DNA of 64,000 nt from Massalongia carnosa (lineage: Eukaryota), in the NCBI GenBank assembly GCA_965645245.1, contig OZ287071.1, forward strand, positions 2,418,001 to 2,482,000, written 5' to 3'. Position 1 is the first letter of the stretch. Every line of letters begins with the position of its first letter. The translations under genes and the position numbers were made by a program. Below are positions 1-12,600 of the stretch, one piece after another. Below the pieces are notes generated by a model that was given only the letters and a program-made list of their open reading frames with translations, ran no database searches and was not told where the DNA came from.

Positions 1-156
1 ACCCAAATAAACACCCCAACCCCCCCTTTTTCCCCGGCAGGTCTCTGTCAAGATGAATCTAATAATGGTATGAGCCCCCGTAGAGCCAGCGTTCCTACAA
101 GGTGCGAAGCGCACACAGCGCCTTAAAAGCCACTCGCTCAAAAAGGTCCTCTACTA

Positions 157-1407
157 TCAATGATGACCACCCCTCTTTCCCTTCCCGTTCCGTACAGCTT
201 TCGCCGCGGCCCTAGCAACTTTACTAGCTGTCTTGCGGAATCTTTTGGTGGCTTTACCCTTCCCCTCAACGGCTTCGGAGGCGGCCGAGGAAGCTATAGA
301 AGCAGGCTCGGGATCTTCTGAAGTGGTAGCATCGACAACTTCTTCGTTGAGATTGATAGCTTTGCCAATGGTCTTGTCGGCCATTTCTTGAATCATCTAG
401 CCGTAGGTGAACGGAGCCAACTCGCCCCAGCTTTTTATTTCTTTAGCGTATCGAGTTTTGTCCTTCACAAGCATTGGAGAAAATGGAATTTTAGTGTCGT
501 GTGCTTGGTCATTTCGATGTCCGTTAAGCTATGATGGAATCAGTGGAGTTCAAGAATATTATCCTCCTAACCTGGAAAGCGAATGTAAGGATGTTAAATG
601 AAGGATCCAGAGAGGAAGCTCACAGCAGAGAGTTTTTTAAGCATAGCGGCGTGTTTGAATGCTTATGCAATCTGTTCATCGTCAAGATTCTGTGCCTTGT
701 AGGCATCCTTGATTTGCTGGTGGTTTAACGTGTATGCCAAATCTTTCCAACGCTTAGTCGAGTGGTCTGGGTCGTTTTTCTTGTCTATGTCTTTCTTGCC
801 CTCGCCTTTGGAGATGCCCATAACCTTTTCAATTTTCTTTATAAAGTCGACCAAGGTGTTGAAACGGAAGAGCGGTAGTTGAACCTCATCGCGAGCCGTA
901 ACTTGGGCGTCTAGTTTGACCACTTTAGCCTCTAGTCCGGCTATCCGAGCGTCCTGCTTTTTCTCCATATGGTTTATGCACTCCATCAAAGTATCCATTT
1001 TTTCGCTCATGGACTAAAATGTAGTCAGCTAATAAGAATATATTGATTCTCTGTTTAGGCAAACGAACCTTAGCACTGTTGACGAGCTCCGTGAACTTGG
1101 CTGTTACAGGCAAGTGAACTAGAATATTCTTCTTCTGGGTTTCTTCTTCGATTCGCTGTTGATATGTATTGATTGAATGATCAGACATACATGGTTGGAG
1201 GTCCAAGTAAGGCGATCCGTGCAGCTCAGGCCCCATCTTAACGAACAGTGGTTTTCCCATCGGTTCTACGATAGCGCGATCCCGGAGATAGGCTTGTGGA
1301 GATAATTTCCCTAGAAGCGAGCCTATAACAGATGGAGGTAAGTTCAATGCTAATCCAAGCATCAAGGGCGACATTATGAGCAATCGGGGCACTTGACAGG
1401 TTGGCAT
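157..1407 (-). pseudogene. Three-exon coiled-coil gene with C-terminal RNxxAH (HEPN-like) motif, copy 1; two in-frame stops
   Basis: Exons 1407-1069, 1013-624, 528-157 join in frame across GT-AG introns with branch sites; in-frame stops TAA (665-663) and TAG (399-397); collinear and homologous with copy 2 at 45.4-46.5 kb (RFNTLVDFIKKI vs RFNTLLDFVKKI; HRNDQAHDT vs DRNNKAHDT). Confidence 0.7.
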
Positions 1408-3290
1408 GATGGGTTTGGAAAGGCTGACAGGATGAAGATTGGAAAGTTGGAAGAGATCGGTACTGATTTTAAAGAAGTGGGGATGAAAGAGACATCCTAC
1501 CTTCTAGTGTTCTCCGTATCCTGAAGCTTTGTGCCGGCGTCGTTCCTAGAAAAATTGTCGAACAGAAGATGTATGACTCGATGTTGATTTGATGGTAACT
1601 ATGCGTTTCTTCATCGCAAAGGCAGGTTTGTCCTGCACAGCATCCTCCACGGCTCCTTCACGGGATTTCACATATACTAGTCTTCTCATCAGTTTGTGTT
1701 ACGCTAAGGATATCTTAGCGACATGACATACTTCACAGAGATTGTGAAGTAAAGAGACTATAGATGAAAGAAAGTGTTCCAACGAAGTGGCAATCTCTAA
1801 ACAGCAAAGAGAAGTTAGTTTTTGATGCTTGAATACGAGGCCTCAGTGTGGTGATTGAGGAAGTGAGGAAGACATGATTAGATAGTCCACTGCCCTCCAT
1901 TTTGCAGCTACTCTCATGCCCATGCCATTTTTTTATGTTCAGAGATATACTCCCCGCTCTGCGACGTCATCTTTTTATCTCGCTTTCATCTTTGACCTCC
2001 ATCTCTATTTTATCCCTTATCCCGGTCCTACCTCTGGATGGATATGTCTAGCAATCTCTATCTACGTTTCCTCGCGGTATCGCATTGGAGACGCGGAACT
2101 GGAGAGAGAGAGAGAGACATTAAAATATATAATAATGACAATTTTTCCAAACCTAAACCATCCAATGATGGTAGGAGAGTAAGTTGAGAGAATATAAAAG
2201 CACGGAAAGAATTAGATAGTATGCGAGTAGATGATTGTGAAATACATAGATAGCCTCTTAAATCTAATATGGAGAACCGTCAAACTTCGGAATTATAAAT
2301 AGTAGTATGACGAAGCGAACTGATGAGGCCAAGATTCAGAATAGGGAAGTGGTCAAACTAGAATCGCTGAGAGAACAAATCCAATCCGATCAAGTAACTA
2401 AACAGCTTTACTATCCTCCTCCTCGCAAGCCATACTCTAACGAGTCATAAAAGCCTGACTTCATGAAGAAAAGACACGTGTCTAGATAGACGTCTATGAA
2501 GATATCGGATGTTGAAAGGAGTGAACTTACGGCTTACACCCGTGGCACGCACAAAAATAAAGTCCTTCCTGCATAACATATCACGTGATGAATCCCACTC
2601 TCGAGTCTCGAACATACTTGTACATACAGGACTCTACTCTGTATACAAAACATATCACAAAAAAATATGCCAATACATAACTCCATATTTACTCCGTATA
2701 CATATCATATCCCGAAGCATTCAACACCGTTTTACAACTCATATGTCATTTATGTCGTTCTTTCATTCAACTTCTTGTCATATTTTCAGCTTCTGATCAA
2801 TTCAGGTAAAGCAATATAATCTTCTTCTTCTCTTTTCTTCTCTTCTCTTATCCATGGTTGTTACTTTTGCATTCTATTTTCATTTCCATCATTCATTTTT
2901 CTTTTCCTTTTTCTTTTCATTTCGTCTAATTTTCATCTCTTCTTTTTTCTTTTCATTCCTCTCCCTCTCCTTCTTCCTTCCTCTCCCTTCTCTTCTACTT
3001 CACTTCCCTCCCCTTTCTCTGTCCCCAATTTCCCTTCCCTCCTTTTCCTTTCCCCTTTGCCTTCCGCTTCCCCCTTCAGCTCTCCTTCCCCTCCAACTCC
3101 CCTTCCCCCTTTCCCCTCCTCCTTCTTGACGTAGTTAGCCTGTGTCGATTTCCCAAGTGAATGAGTAAGGGACGTTTGATCGAGTGGGTTGATGGAGTGA
3201 GTGATGCGAGCGAGCGAGATTATCTACGTATGGATTGATTCATTGTAGCAAGAAAGGGACCGTTCAAAAAGAAAAGACAGCTGTAGATGG

Positions 3291-4618
3291 CACGCGGGGG
3301 ACAAAAAAAAAACTACACCAAAATTTAACCGGGCTCAACTCCCCACCAAAACACAAGCAATTTACATACGATTTTGATGGGATAATTATCATTATTATGA
3401 ATTCTAAACATATCGAGACTCCTACCAAAGCTAAAATTCAGGGAGCCGTTGAATTTTGCGAAAAGCAAGGCATTTCTTATCACAAAGAGGATGTTTTTCG
3501 CACATTTGATGTGGAACGTACGAGGGGCTATGCATACCTGCGTGAAGGAGCCTCATCACGCCGTCATCATAATAATTCCGATGTTTCTGAAGCTCGTGGG
3601 CGTCACAAAATTGTTACGCCTAAATTGATTAGAGAAATGGAACGGCTATTGGAAGAAGAAGATATGGAGGCGCGCGCTCTTACATGGGAGCAATTGGGCT
3701 TCGAAGTAGGCCTAGACTGCAGTGGCAAAACCATTCAACGAATCATGGGCACCATGGATTATCACAAATGCATTGCGTGCAGAAAGGGATGGGTGAACGA
3801 GAAGACAAGAAAGCTTCGTATGAAGTGGTCAGATGCTATGCTTTCTAGATATCCAAATGCAGAAGACTGGAAACAAGTTCGATTTAGTGACGAAGTGCAC
3901 TTTGGATGGGGACCTCAGGGCAAATTACGCATCATACGAAGATTAGGTGAACGTTATTGTCATGATTGTATTCAAGAAGCAGATGAACCAGACGAGGCCG
4001 TCAAGAAGAGACATCACTGTTGGGCTGCTGCAGGTCATGACTTCAAGTCAGATATCTACTTTTACAGAGTTCCTGGAAACTCCAATGGAAAGATGAGTCA
4101 ACGAGTCTATATCGACTCTATATTGGAGCCTATTGTGAAGCCCTGGATTGAAGCAAAACACGATTTCGTCTTAGAAGAAGACGGTGATTCTGGACATGGA
4201 CCAGGCAAATCAAACATTGTACGCACTTGGAAGCAGAACAACGATCTGAAGCACTATTTCAACTGTCCATGTTCACCTGATTTGGCCCCCATAGAAAATT
4301 GCTGGCAGGCCCCGAAGCAATATTTAAAAAAATATCCTCATTGGGATGATGATACGACCAAGGGGCTAATTTATGAGGGGTGGGCGAACGTTTCCCAGGC
4401 ATTTATCAATGAACGGGTGTCTACTATGCCAGATAGATTGAGAGCTGTTTTGGATGGTGAGGGTAAAATGACTGGTTATTGAATAGATTGAATGAATTGG
4501 ATGACTGGTTGTTGAAATGGTGATTATCCCATCAAAATTGTATGGAAATTGCTTGTGTTTTGGTGGGGGGTTGAACCCGGTTAAATTTTGGTGTAGTTTT
4601 TTTTTTGTCCCCCGCGTG
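3291..4618 (+). mobile_element. Tc1/mariner-type DNA transposon with ~103-bp terminal inverted repeats and 5-bp flanking direct repeat GATGG
   Basis: TIRs 3291-3393 and 4516-4618 (start CACGCGGGGGAC, about 6 mismatches); GATGG at 3286-3290 and 4619-4623; encloses an intact transposase ORF. Confidence 0.95.
3397..4482 (+). CDS. Tc1/mariner DDE transposase, DD37E spacing, intact (361 aa from ATG 3397)
   Basis: Motifs FSDE, EEDGDSGH, SPDLAPIEN; 37 residues counted between second D and E; N-terminal HTH-like region; no stops. Confidence 0.93.
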   Translation: MNSKHIETPTKAKIQGAVEFCEKQGISYHKEDVFRTFDVERTRGYAYLREGASSRRHHNNSDVSEARGRHKIVTPKLIREMERLLEEEDMEARALTWEQLGFEVGLDCSGKTIQRIMGTMDYHKCIACRKGWVNEKTRKLRMKWSDAMLSRYPNAEDWKQVRFSDEVHFGWGPQGKLRIIRRLGERYCHDCIQEADEPDEAVKKRHHCWAAAGHDFKSDIYFYRVPGNSNGKMSQRVYIDSILEPIVKPWIEAKHDFVLEEDGDSGHGPGKSNIVRTWKQNNDLKHYFNCPCSPDLAPIENCWQAPKQYLKKYPHWDDDTTKGLIYEGWANVSQAFINERVSTMPDRLRAVLDGEGKMTGY

Positions 4619-5244
4619 GATGGGTATGCCTAGATTATTCCTGCAGGTTCACGACTCATAAGCATGAACGGTTGGTTGATTGATCGGCAATGACCCGCTT
4701 CCGCATCGCATCGCGTGCATGGTCTGCATGGGGATCTGCAAAGTCACACGATCTGAGGGTTCGTTTCCGAGCGGGCCACGATGACCCTTCACCGGCAACG
4801 TTTCATAAAATATCAAGGGCGGATTCGTCGTTTGCTCTCATTGACTACCAATATCTACTGCTAGCAATAAAAACCATGTCGAAATGTTCCTCGCACTCTA
4901 CAATCGAGTCCAAGTTGCTTGGGTCCATGGCCCCCAATCCAATCGTAAGAACTGCCGTAAAGCTTCATCACCGTCGCTTCCGTAACAAAGCTTCCATTTC
5001 CACCACGTCCAATTGGACCATTTACCTAACTAACCCCCTCGAGGCGTGGAAATGTGCAGCGTGTAGGTGAAGCTTCAAAGGCTTAGGCTCCATCGCAATC
5101 TGGATTCCATCAACCATCCAACAGCAGACTTGTTCATCGCCATCACGCAAACAGCTGAATCACCGAAATGTAAGAGCCCAACCAGGCCACGAATCCGTCA
5201 ACAAGCATGTCGCCCCAACGTGTCAAGGCGACCACTGTGGGAGA

Positions 5245-6737
5245 CTATTCCTTGCTGGTGTGAATGGTGGAGTTTTCCAAGCCTGTCGCCGTCTTGAGAT
5301 GCTTGAGCGTATTCATGCGTTGAAGGACCTCGCGGCCAGACGCGCGAAGAAGCGAGTCATTGCTAAGGCTGGCGGCCGCAAGCAGGGAACGACCTCCATC
5401 CCAGCTAGTCTACATTCGTTAGCAACTCTTCATACGACTCGGCCAACTTGGACGTACCTTGTTCAGGGTCAACAAGGTGTAGCCCTTGAGGAAGCCATGG
5501 AAATAACCAAAGAGGATGAGGACCGGGATATACTTCATATCCGAAGGGTAGCGGTAGAAGTACGGGACGAGCTTAACGGTCTTGGCGAACAGAAACCAAA
5601 GGAACAAGGCCATGAAGGCGGTGGCGGGTTTGACGTCGGCCAACTCGGGAGGAGTCGTGGTGAAGGCACGATAGAGAAGGTAAACCAAAAGCCCGTCGTT
5701 GACCAGTGCCGGAGGATGGAATGTGGACAGGTGAAGTGCATACGACGACCAGGGTTGTTGGCTACTCTCGTTAGCCGCTGACTTTTCATCACGCCCAGCA
5801 CCACTTACTGCCAGATGTTCCTCTCCACAAACATCGACGTAATGTTGCTGCGCCAGGTGGTGCGAGACCATCTCACGCACTGGCCCAAAAAGGCGGAATC
5901 ATCTTCGAGCGTGGTCGTCAGCTCCGCCTCCTTGGCGCATTGGATGCGGATTTTCCAGCCATGATTGACCATCCAGCGAGTCAGGCAATTATCATCATCC
6001 GCGGCCACGAGAGAGACACCGCCCAGCCATTTCTCGTTGGCGAACTCGTCGAGGAAGGCCTCGTCTTGGACGATCGAGGAGCGGACGACCGAGGTGCGGC
6101 CCGACAGGCAGGAGACGCCTCCATCCAAGTGCGAGGTCGCGGCAATTTCAAAGTTCCACCGTTCGAGATATGCTGCGCCGAGAAATTCCCACACGTTGGG
6201 GTCCGGGGTGCGTTCGGGGCTGGTGTACCCACCTGCGGCTCCGACCTTGGGATCCTCAAATGCGGCAAGGATATATGTGAGGAATGTGGGGCGCCAAAAG
6301 ACATCGTCGTCCGCAAAAACGGTAATCGCCGTGCTAGCCGCTTTCAGGCCTTGGATCATTTGCAGCCGTTTGTTCGCTTTCTTGGCGCCTAGCACCTGGA
6401 CATGGCCCAACTCAAAATCCTTGCATAATTTCTTGATTCGTTCCACGTTCCTCTCGGGCGTCACGACGATGATCGCAGCGGGCGAGCTGGCATTGATAGA
6501 CTGAATGCAACGGGAGAAGTCCGAGTTCGTGCCCAGCGTCGCAATGACCACTGTGACATCCTTGGGGGTGAATGTCGGCAGGAGAGCCGGACGGATGGGG
6601 CGAAAGGTCCACGACGATATGATGTTGACAATGAGGCGGGTGTACCGCCAAAGCCTGGAACGATGTCAGTCGTGGGCAATATTGTTGTCACAGCGACGAT
6701 CATACCACAGGGCCACAAAAGCGTCGATGTAACGCAT
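5245..6737 (-). CDS. Processive glycosyltransferase family 2 (Cps1/hyaluronan-synthase-like), multi-exon
   Basis: ORFs 5805-6551 and 5419-5880 carry FADDDVFW (DxD), LSGRT, ADDDNCLTRW and QCVRWSR (QxxRW) plus C-terminal TM helices; inferred ATG 6737 (MRYIDAFVALW) and stop 5247-5245 after three short introns. Confidence 0.85.
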
Positions 6738-7626
6738 GTTTGTTGTTAATGGTCTTGGTCAATGAGAATAGGTGGTGAGGTGAAGGTGTAGCAGGGATTG
6801 AGTGAGGGAATGTTTATGGAGGATGGGTAGGTTGAGTAGTTAGCTTGAGGAAGAGTATTCTGTGAAGACCAGAGGAAAGGGATGAGGAAGAATGTCCGAC
6901 GATAGGAAGGGGGGATTGAGTGAAATCTTATAGGTACGGTGGTCGACTCTCAGCCTAATGTGAATGAGATGAACCAGTGTTTGAATAGGGCGGGAATAGG
7001 GCGGGAATGGGGAATCCGGAAAGTGCGATGTGAGCCTATCCTCACCTACTTTTTTTTTGCGTTTTTTTAATTTGCTTATCATTTGTTTCCTTCCCCCCCT
7101 TTCCCCTCCCTTCTACAGGCATTGCGTAAGGGCTATCTATTGATGCTAATTATAACGGGGCCGAGTACAATCAAAGTATCAATACTTGTCCGTCCGTACC
7201 TCCATCTCTCTTCCCCCAACGCACTCATTGTCTCCGCAGCAGGATAGGCTGATCCCAACGTCCATCTGAAACCACCTCACGTATCCTCTGGACGGCGCAC
7301 AGACACCGTGACTATGACTATGACCGTGACCGTGGCAGTGGCAGCGACATCCGTCCTTACTAATTAATCCACATTCGACAGATTTCCGTCCCGATGAATC
7401 GAGAAATAGGCGACCGATGCATTCCGCGACTTGACCCACTCGCATCAATCCTCCTAGCACAGTACATGCTACGTCATAGCTCTTAGGGGCGGAGCTGAAT
7501 AAATTCCCTCGTGCCGTTTCGGTTTCGCAGCGTTGGCATGACAGGGGTGCGATGCTAAAAAGGCAACGAACAAGGGGAAGGAAGATGATTCTCGACTAGC
7601 ATGGTGATTCGCATAATGCCGAACCA

Positions 7627-7704
7627 ACCTGCTTCAGCCTGCTTTGAGCCTGGTTTAAGCCTATTCGAGCCTCCTCAGCCTGCTCAAGCTGCTCAAGCCA
7701 GCCT
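7627..7704. repeat. Degenerate tandem array of ~9-11 bp units (consensus about AGCCTGCTYN)
   Basis: aacctgcttcagcctgctttgagcctggtttaagcctattcgagcctcctcagcctgctcaagctgctcaagccagcct read directly. Confidence 0.6.
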
Positions 7705-8149
7705 AGATCCTGCTTTCTGGACGGAGTAAGCCGGGGTCAAGGAAAACAAAACTACCACCCCCACCATTGGGCTAGCGCTAATAGGAATCGAACCGATGAT
7801 GATCATAAAGGCACTTAAATGAATTTTAGGCGACTGTACATACACAATACATACTCTGTATCCGTCGTAATTCCGTGAAGCCACCAACCCTGCTCGGCTA
7901 TGACGTAGACCTTAGGGTCTGATGATGTCGACAGTCCCACTTGTGTCCCCCCTGTTCTGCGCTTGGCGGGGCTGACGAGGCTCAAGCTTGACAGGCTTAG
8001 CGATTGGCGAGGGTGATACCGTGTGCCGGGCACCTTACCTCAAATCCAGCAGAAGTACCGAGTACTTTATACAGACCAGTTCCCCGTACAGAGTGATCCG
8101 TAGGGAGTGATCCGTAGGGAGTACTACTCCGCCTCCCCTGAGTATCAAA

Positions 8150-9650
8150 CCCTTCGTCGTTCTTCATCGAAATCCTTTCCGGAGAGACTTCGGAGGCACT
8201 ATCCCGCCGATTGGTCCCCATGTTCTGAATGCCCACTACTAGTCAATGTACTATACACCTCGAGTCCCGATCCCGCGGTACACAATACCTGCTCGACGCC
8301 GGTACTGAGTACCGTTACCGTTATCTTAATGTCATCGTCTGTCATCGTCCAACCCGGTTGGTTATCTATTATTCCCCTCATAGCGGAAAAGCCTCTCTCG
8401 TTTCTTCTAAGCACAACCTCTCGTTGAAAGGGTCTAGCCTTTTAGATGTAAGATTCTGCGTAAATTATCTCATAATCCCGTCTGCATCTGTCCTGCATCC
8501 ATTCGTTTTGAGCGCCGTAGCTGGTCGGGTAGATGACTTTGGGAGGGAATTCCCACATGAACGAATGTGGCCCAAAGAAACTCGACAGCCTGCGATCGAG
8601 ACCCTCTGGATCGAGACCCTTTTGTGCCCAACCGTTGCGGCCCTTTGCCGACGAACCGCCCCTACACGTGTCGATCTCCATACTCCGCGAGTGCAGCTGT
8701 AGTAATGGCGCAATTAGATAGCGTCCGTCGAGGACAACGTAGCGGAGCGGCGTGGGGGTCGCGATTGCATGTACTATATAGGAATCGACGATGATGGCAG
8801 AACGAGCGAACGATAAGTCTCCAGGGACGCCACAAATATCCTGAACACGAATAAGGCCGTGGCTCGTTCGTGCGTGTGCATAAGCATGTGCCAGAGTTTT
8901 TTGCCATCAGTCAAAATGCCGCGCAAGAAGACAACTTGACCAACCCAACGCGTCGTGGAGTTGTGTATGGGGTTCGAACATTTCTGCATAGTGGCCTCCA
9001 ACTCTCCATAATATCTCCACATGCCACCCGCTACCATTAACCCCGACCCATGTGCGGCGGTGAGGAGGTAGTAGGGCATGAACCAGATGGATTGCAAAAG
9101 GATGAATCATCAGGTAGGAGCGTCGCTCGGACCTCGAAGAAGCTGCTCATTCGGCTGTCGAAACCAATCTGCTCACGCTGACCAAGGCTGCGAGATAATG
9201 GCTGCTTGTCCACGCTATCATCCAAATGGGCCGATGCAGTCAGAACCCTCCTGTTGCGGAACGACAACAGGTTCCGACAGAATCAAACAGCATCCTCCAG
9301 CCCATTCGCCGCCTCGTCCATAGCGATGCCCCGTTTTCCTGTTGTGCAAGCACAAGACGTAGCTCCCTCCCATCCACGTTGAACCCATCCATTCATACAT
9401 TTCCTTCAAGGAACTGACTTTCCACCACCTCTTCGGCCTGTCCTGTCGTTGAACGGAATGGTGATGACGCGGCAAGCCATGACACGACCAGTGCGGGTAT
9501 GATGATTCGTCGTCGAAGTAAGATAAGGTAAGGTGGAGCAATCGGGGGCGGGAAAGGGATGATGATTATAGCATGAGGGATAGAGGGGTTCACCACTGAT
9601 GTTCAAACAATCGATCGATGCGTGAAACCGAAGTATTTTTGGCATCATGG
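8150..9650 (-). pseudogene. Possible decayed protein-coding gene of unknown family
   Basis: Series of protein-like minus-strand fragments (9406-9648, 9218-9541, 8774-9097, 8442-8681, 8199-8414) separated by stops or frameshifts in GC-balanced sequence; no motif recognised. Confidence 0.35.
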
Positions 9651-12600
9651 ATTTCCCTCTTGTCTCTTATTATCACCATGAACGACTAAACGAGTGAGCA
9701 AGCGATAACCCCATCCCATCAAACTTACCTACCCAAAGCCCTCGTCCTATATCCGCTTTTCTTCAAGCACACAACTCCCCTTACTTCCTCCTCTCTCCAA
9801 CCCATTCTCTTTCATTTTCATTCTTTCTTCTTTCCCCCCTTTCTAGTTCAACCCTTCGCGTCCTCAGCGCACTCGCTGGCTCCCTTGCTTTGGTTTTATT
9901 CCTCTCCTTAGCAATTTTATCCTTTTCTAAAGGCGAAACCAAAAGCGAAAGCGAAAAAGCGATCGAACTTGTCTGTCGTGTCAGGGGAGGGAGGGAGGTC
10001 TGCTGTTACAGAAAAACCCGACGAAGGGTGGTGAGTTTGATGGGATGGCGGTTTGAGATGGCGGTTGGTAAGTGAATGGGTGGATGGAGAGGTGGGTTGG
10101 ATAGGTGGAATGAATGGATAGGTAGGTAGATGGATGAGCTGAATGAATATTGAGAAAGGATTTTCGAAAGGGTTTTAATGTGGATGTTGAAGAAAAGAGA
10201 GGAATTCGAGGGCAGGAAAAGGGGATATATCAATGTTTGATTCTCTTATTTTATTCGTCTTCAAATTTTTTTTTGGATTATTGTCGTCTTTTCATTTCCT
10301 TATCTTCCTTCTCATTCTCCTCCTCCTCTTCAGTACTCATCGCTTCTTTCTCTTTCTATATTTTTTCCCTACTCACAACAACGCCAACGCCAACGTCAAC
10401 GACAGCCCCATTCCTAACACTTCCTCAATCAATCAATCAATCAACTCATCATCAAGAAGCAGCGACCACGAGTCAAACGAGAAACTCTCCCAAATTCCGC
10501 GTTCTCGAATCTAGGGGTTGTTGAATCTTTTTTACATCTTCTCCTTCTTATCTTGGTTATAAAGCTCGCCCGTTTAGGTGTCGGTTCATGTAATGGCTGG
10601 CTATTTAATTGATTGGCTGATTGGCTGATTGGCTGGTTTTTTTGCGAAGGTGAAGATGAACACGAAGACGGAGACGAAGAGAAACTGAAGGGTGCTAATG
10701 AATCGATTGGTCCATTGATTAGTTTCTTGCCCTCTACCTACCTACCTACCTATCTCTCTTCTCTTCTCTTCTCCATCATCCATCCCTTCCCGCAAATTCT
10801 CTCCTCCGCGGGTACACAGATCTCTTTCATTTTTGCACATGTCGCTTTGCATGAATCACGTATCTCTCTTTGTCAGATGTCGTGACGAACGAATGAGCGA
10901 ATGAACGAGAAATACTACTCAGAAATAGATGACATAATAAAACGTGTGTTTATCCTCGTCAAAAACACACACGCGATAAGTGCGACAATCTTTCGAATGA
11001 TGAAGCTTTTTCGCATGGGTAGTAAAGTGATTATTCGTCTTTGTAGTAGTATTGTTCTCCTCTATTCTTTCTATTCTGTTCTTCTCATTTTTCTTCATCT
11101 AGAGCCAGAGAGAGGGATAGTGAGAAAGGGTAGTCAGGGATGATGCGTAGACAGATGACCCCGAAGAGACAGAGAAAGCAAGCACAGAACAACACAAGTA
11201 GTAAACCGAACAAGAGTCCTAACACGGCGGACTGCCGAGTCTGAGCCTGATACCGAGCCTGACCTATGAAAAAAACTGCCCATGTAGACTCGCTCTATGC
11301 AACCCGTAACCAAAGGAACGAATGAACCACGGATAAACTTTCAGCCGCCCCGCATCCGATCAACCCCCCTGTTCGCCCCACCACAGGAGGAAGGGTGAAA
11401 AGAAGAAGTCTGGGGTTAAGCTAAGTTAATAACTGATTAGGTGAGATATTTTCCTGTTTTATTTCGTTTCATCGTCTCATTCTAAGTATTCCATCGTTTA
11501 TCTTTCATTTATCATATCATTATTTCATTTCATGCCTGTATATTTCCTATATTCCGCCCCCATCCCTCTTTTCTTTCTTTTCTATCCCACTCCTCGATCC
11601 ATCCGTTTATCGTACATGTACATAGATCCTGTTACAACGTTTAAGACTCAAAAACATCAAAACAACAGTATCGGCCTACCTACATACATAGATACATAGT
11701 CATTCGTTCGATTCTTCATTCATTCATTCATTCATTCGTAAACGTTTGCATTTCTTTCGGTTTTCATTTTCGATTCTTTTCATCACATCCTTCCCCCTTT
11801 AGTTTCCTCTTTTAATATTTCTTCCCTCTCGTCCTATCAGATATTCTCATCCTTCTTGCTTCTTCACCTTCCCTCGTTCCCTCTGCCGTACGTCTCCATT
11901 GCTCTCTCCCTTCTCCCGTTCATCAGTATTATCTCATCCTCTCTCACCCTCACACCCCCTTCCAATTATCTCGCCTCATACTAGTAGGTGACGTCCACTC
12001 CATTCCACATCATATCCGACGCCACAATCAGCAACATTCCTATCATCAGTAGCGGTGACGAGGATAGGAACGAACGCTGAGAAGCGTGGTGAAGTATGGC
12101 AGAATCGATTCAGAAGTGATGGTTCGGTCTGCAGAAGAGGAGGGGAAATCGCGGTGTGGTACATAGGAAAGAAAGAAAAGAAAAGGTGAAAGGACGAGGA
12201 TGAAGAAGACATGAAAGGATTTGAAGAAAGGTGGAAAGAACGCTGAAAAAATTTCAAATATGAAAATGAAAGGGAGAAAAGAAAACATTTGAATTGAATT
12301 GGCTTGAACTGACCAAATGACTAGATTTTCCGGAATTTGTGGATTAGTCCGTTTTTCGGCATTTATGTTTCTCGATCCTTCATCGCACTTGTTTAAAACT
12401 TGAAGAAGAAACTCATTTCAATGCTTAATTGGTCGTTTCATATCTGTATGAACCTTCGAAGACTCTCTCCTCTTAACCAGCTATATTTCGTCACTATCTT
12501 CTTTTCTCCTTTCGGTTTTCGGAGATTCAGCCGGTCGATTACGCGATGTTATCATGCATTCTTCCGTTTTCGGGTAGAGTAATTGAGGGATAAAGCAAAG

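Noticed and set aside
397..399. In-frame TAG codons in the RNxxAH genes as A-to-I editing-corrected stops
   Set aside because: Stops are at different positions in the two copies, align to Lys, Leu or Gln rather than Trp, and include TAA and TGA; ordinary decay is simpler.
2800..3130. ORF 2854-3129 and similar F/S/L/P-rich ORFs in 9.7-13.9 kb, 29.5-31.1 kb and 48-49.3 kb
   Set aside because: Products of polypyrimidine/polypurine and microsatellite low-complexity intergenic DNA; no domain or splice support.
5940..6504. Long antisense ORFs over the GT2, MPS1, YOS9, pirin and ankyrin genes
   Set aside because: Expected shadows of GC-rich coding sequence; no independent motifs.
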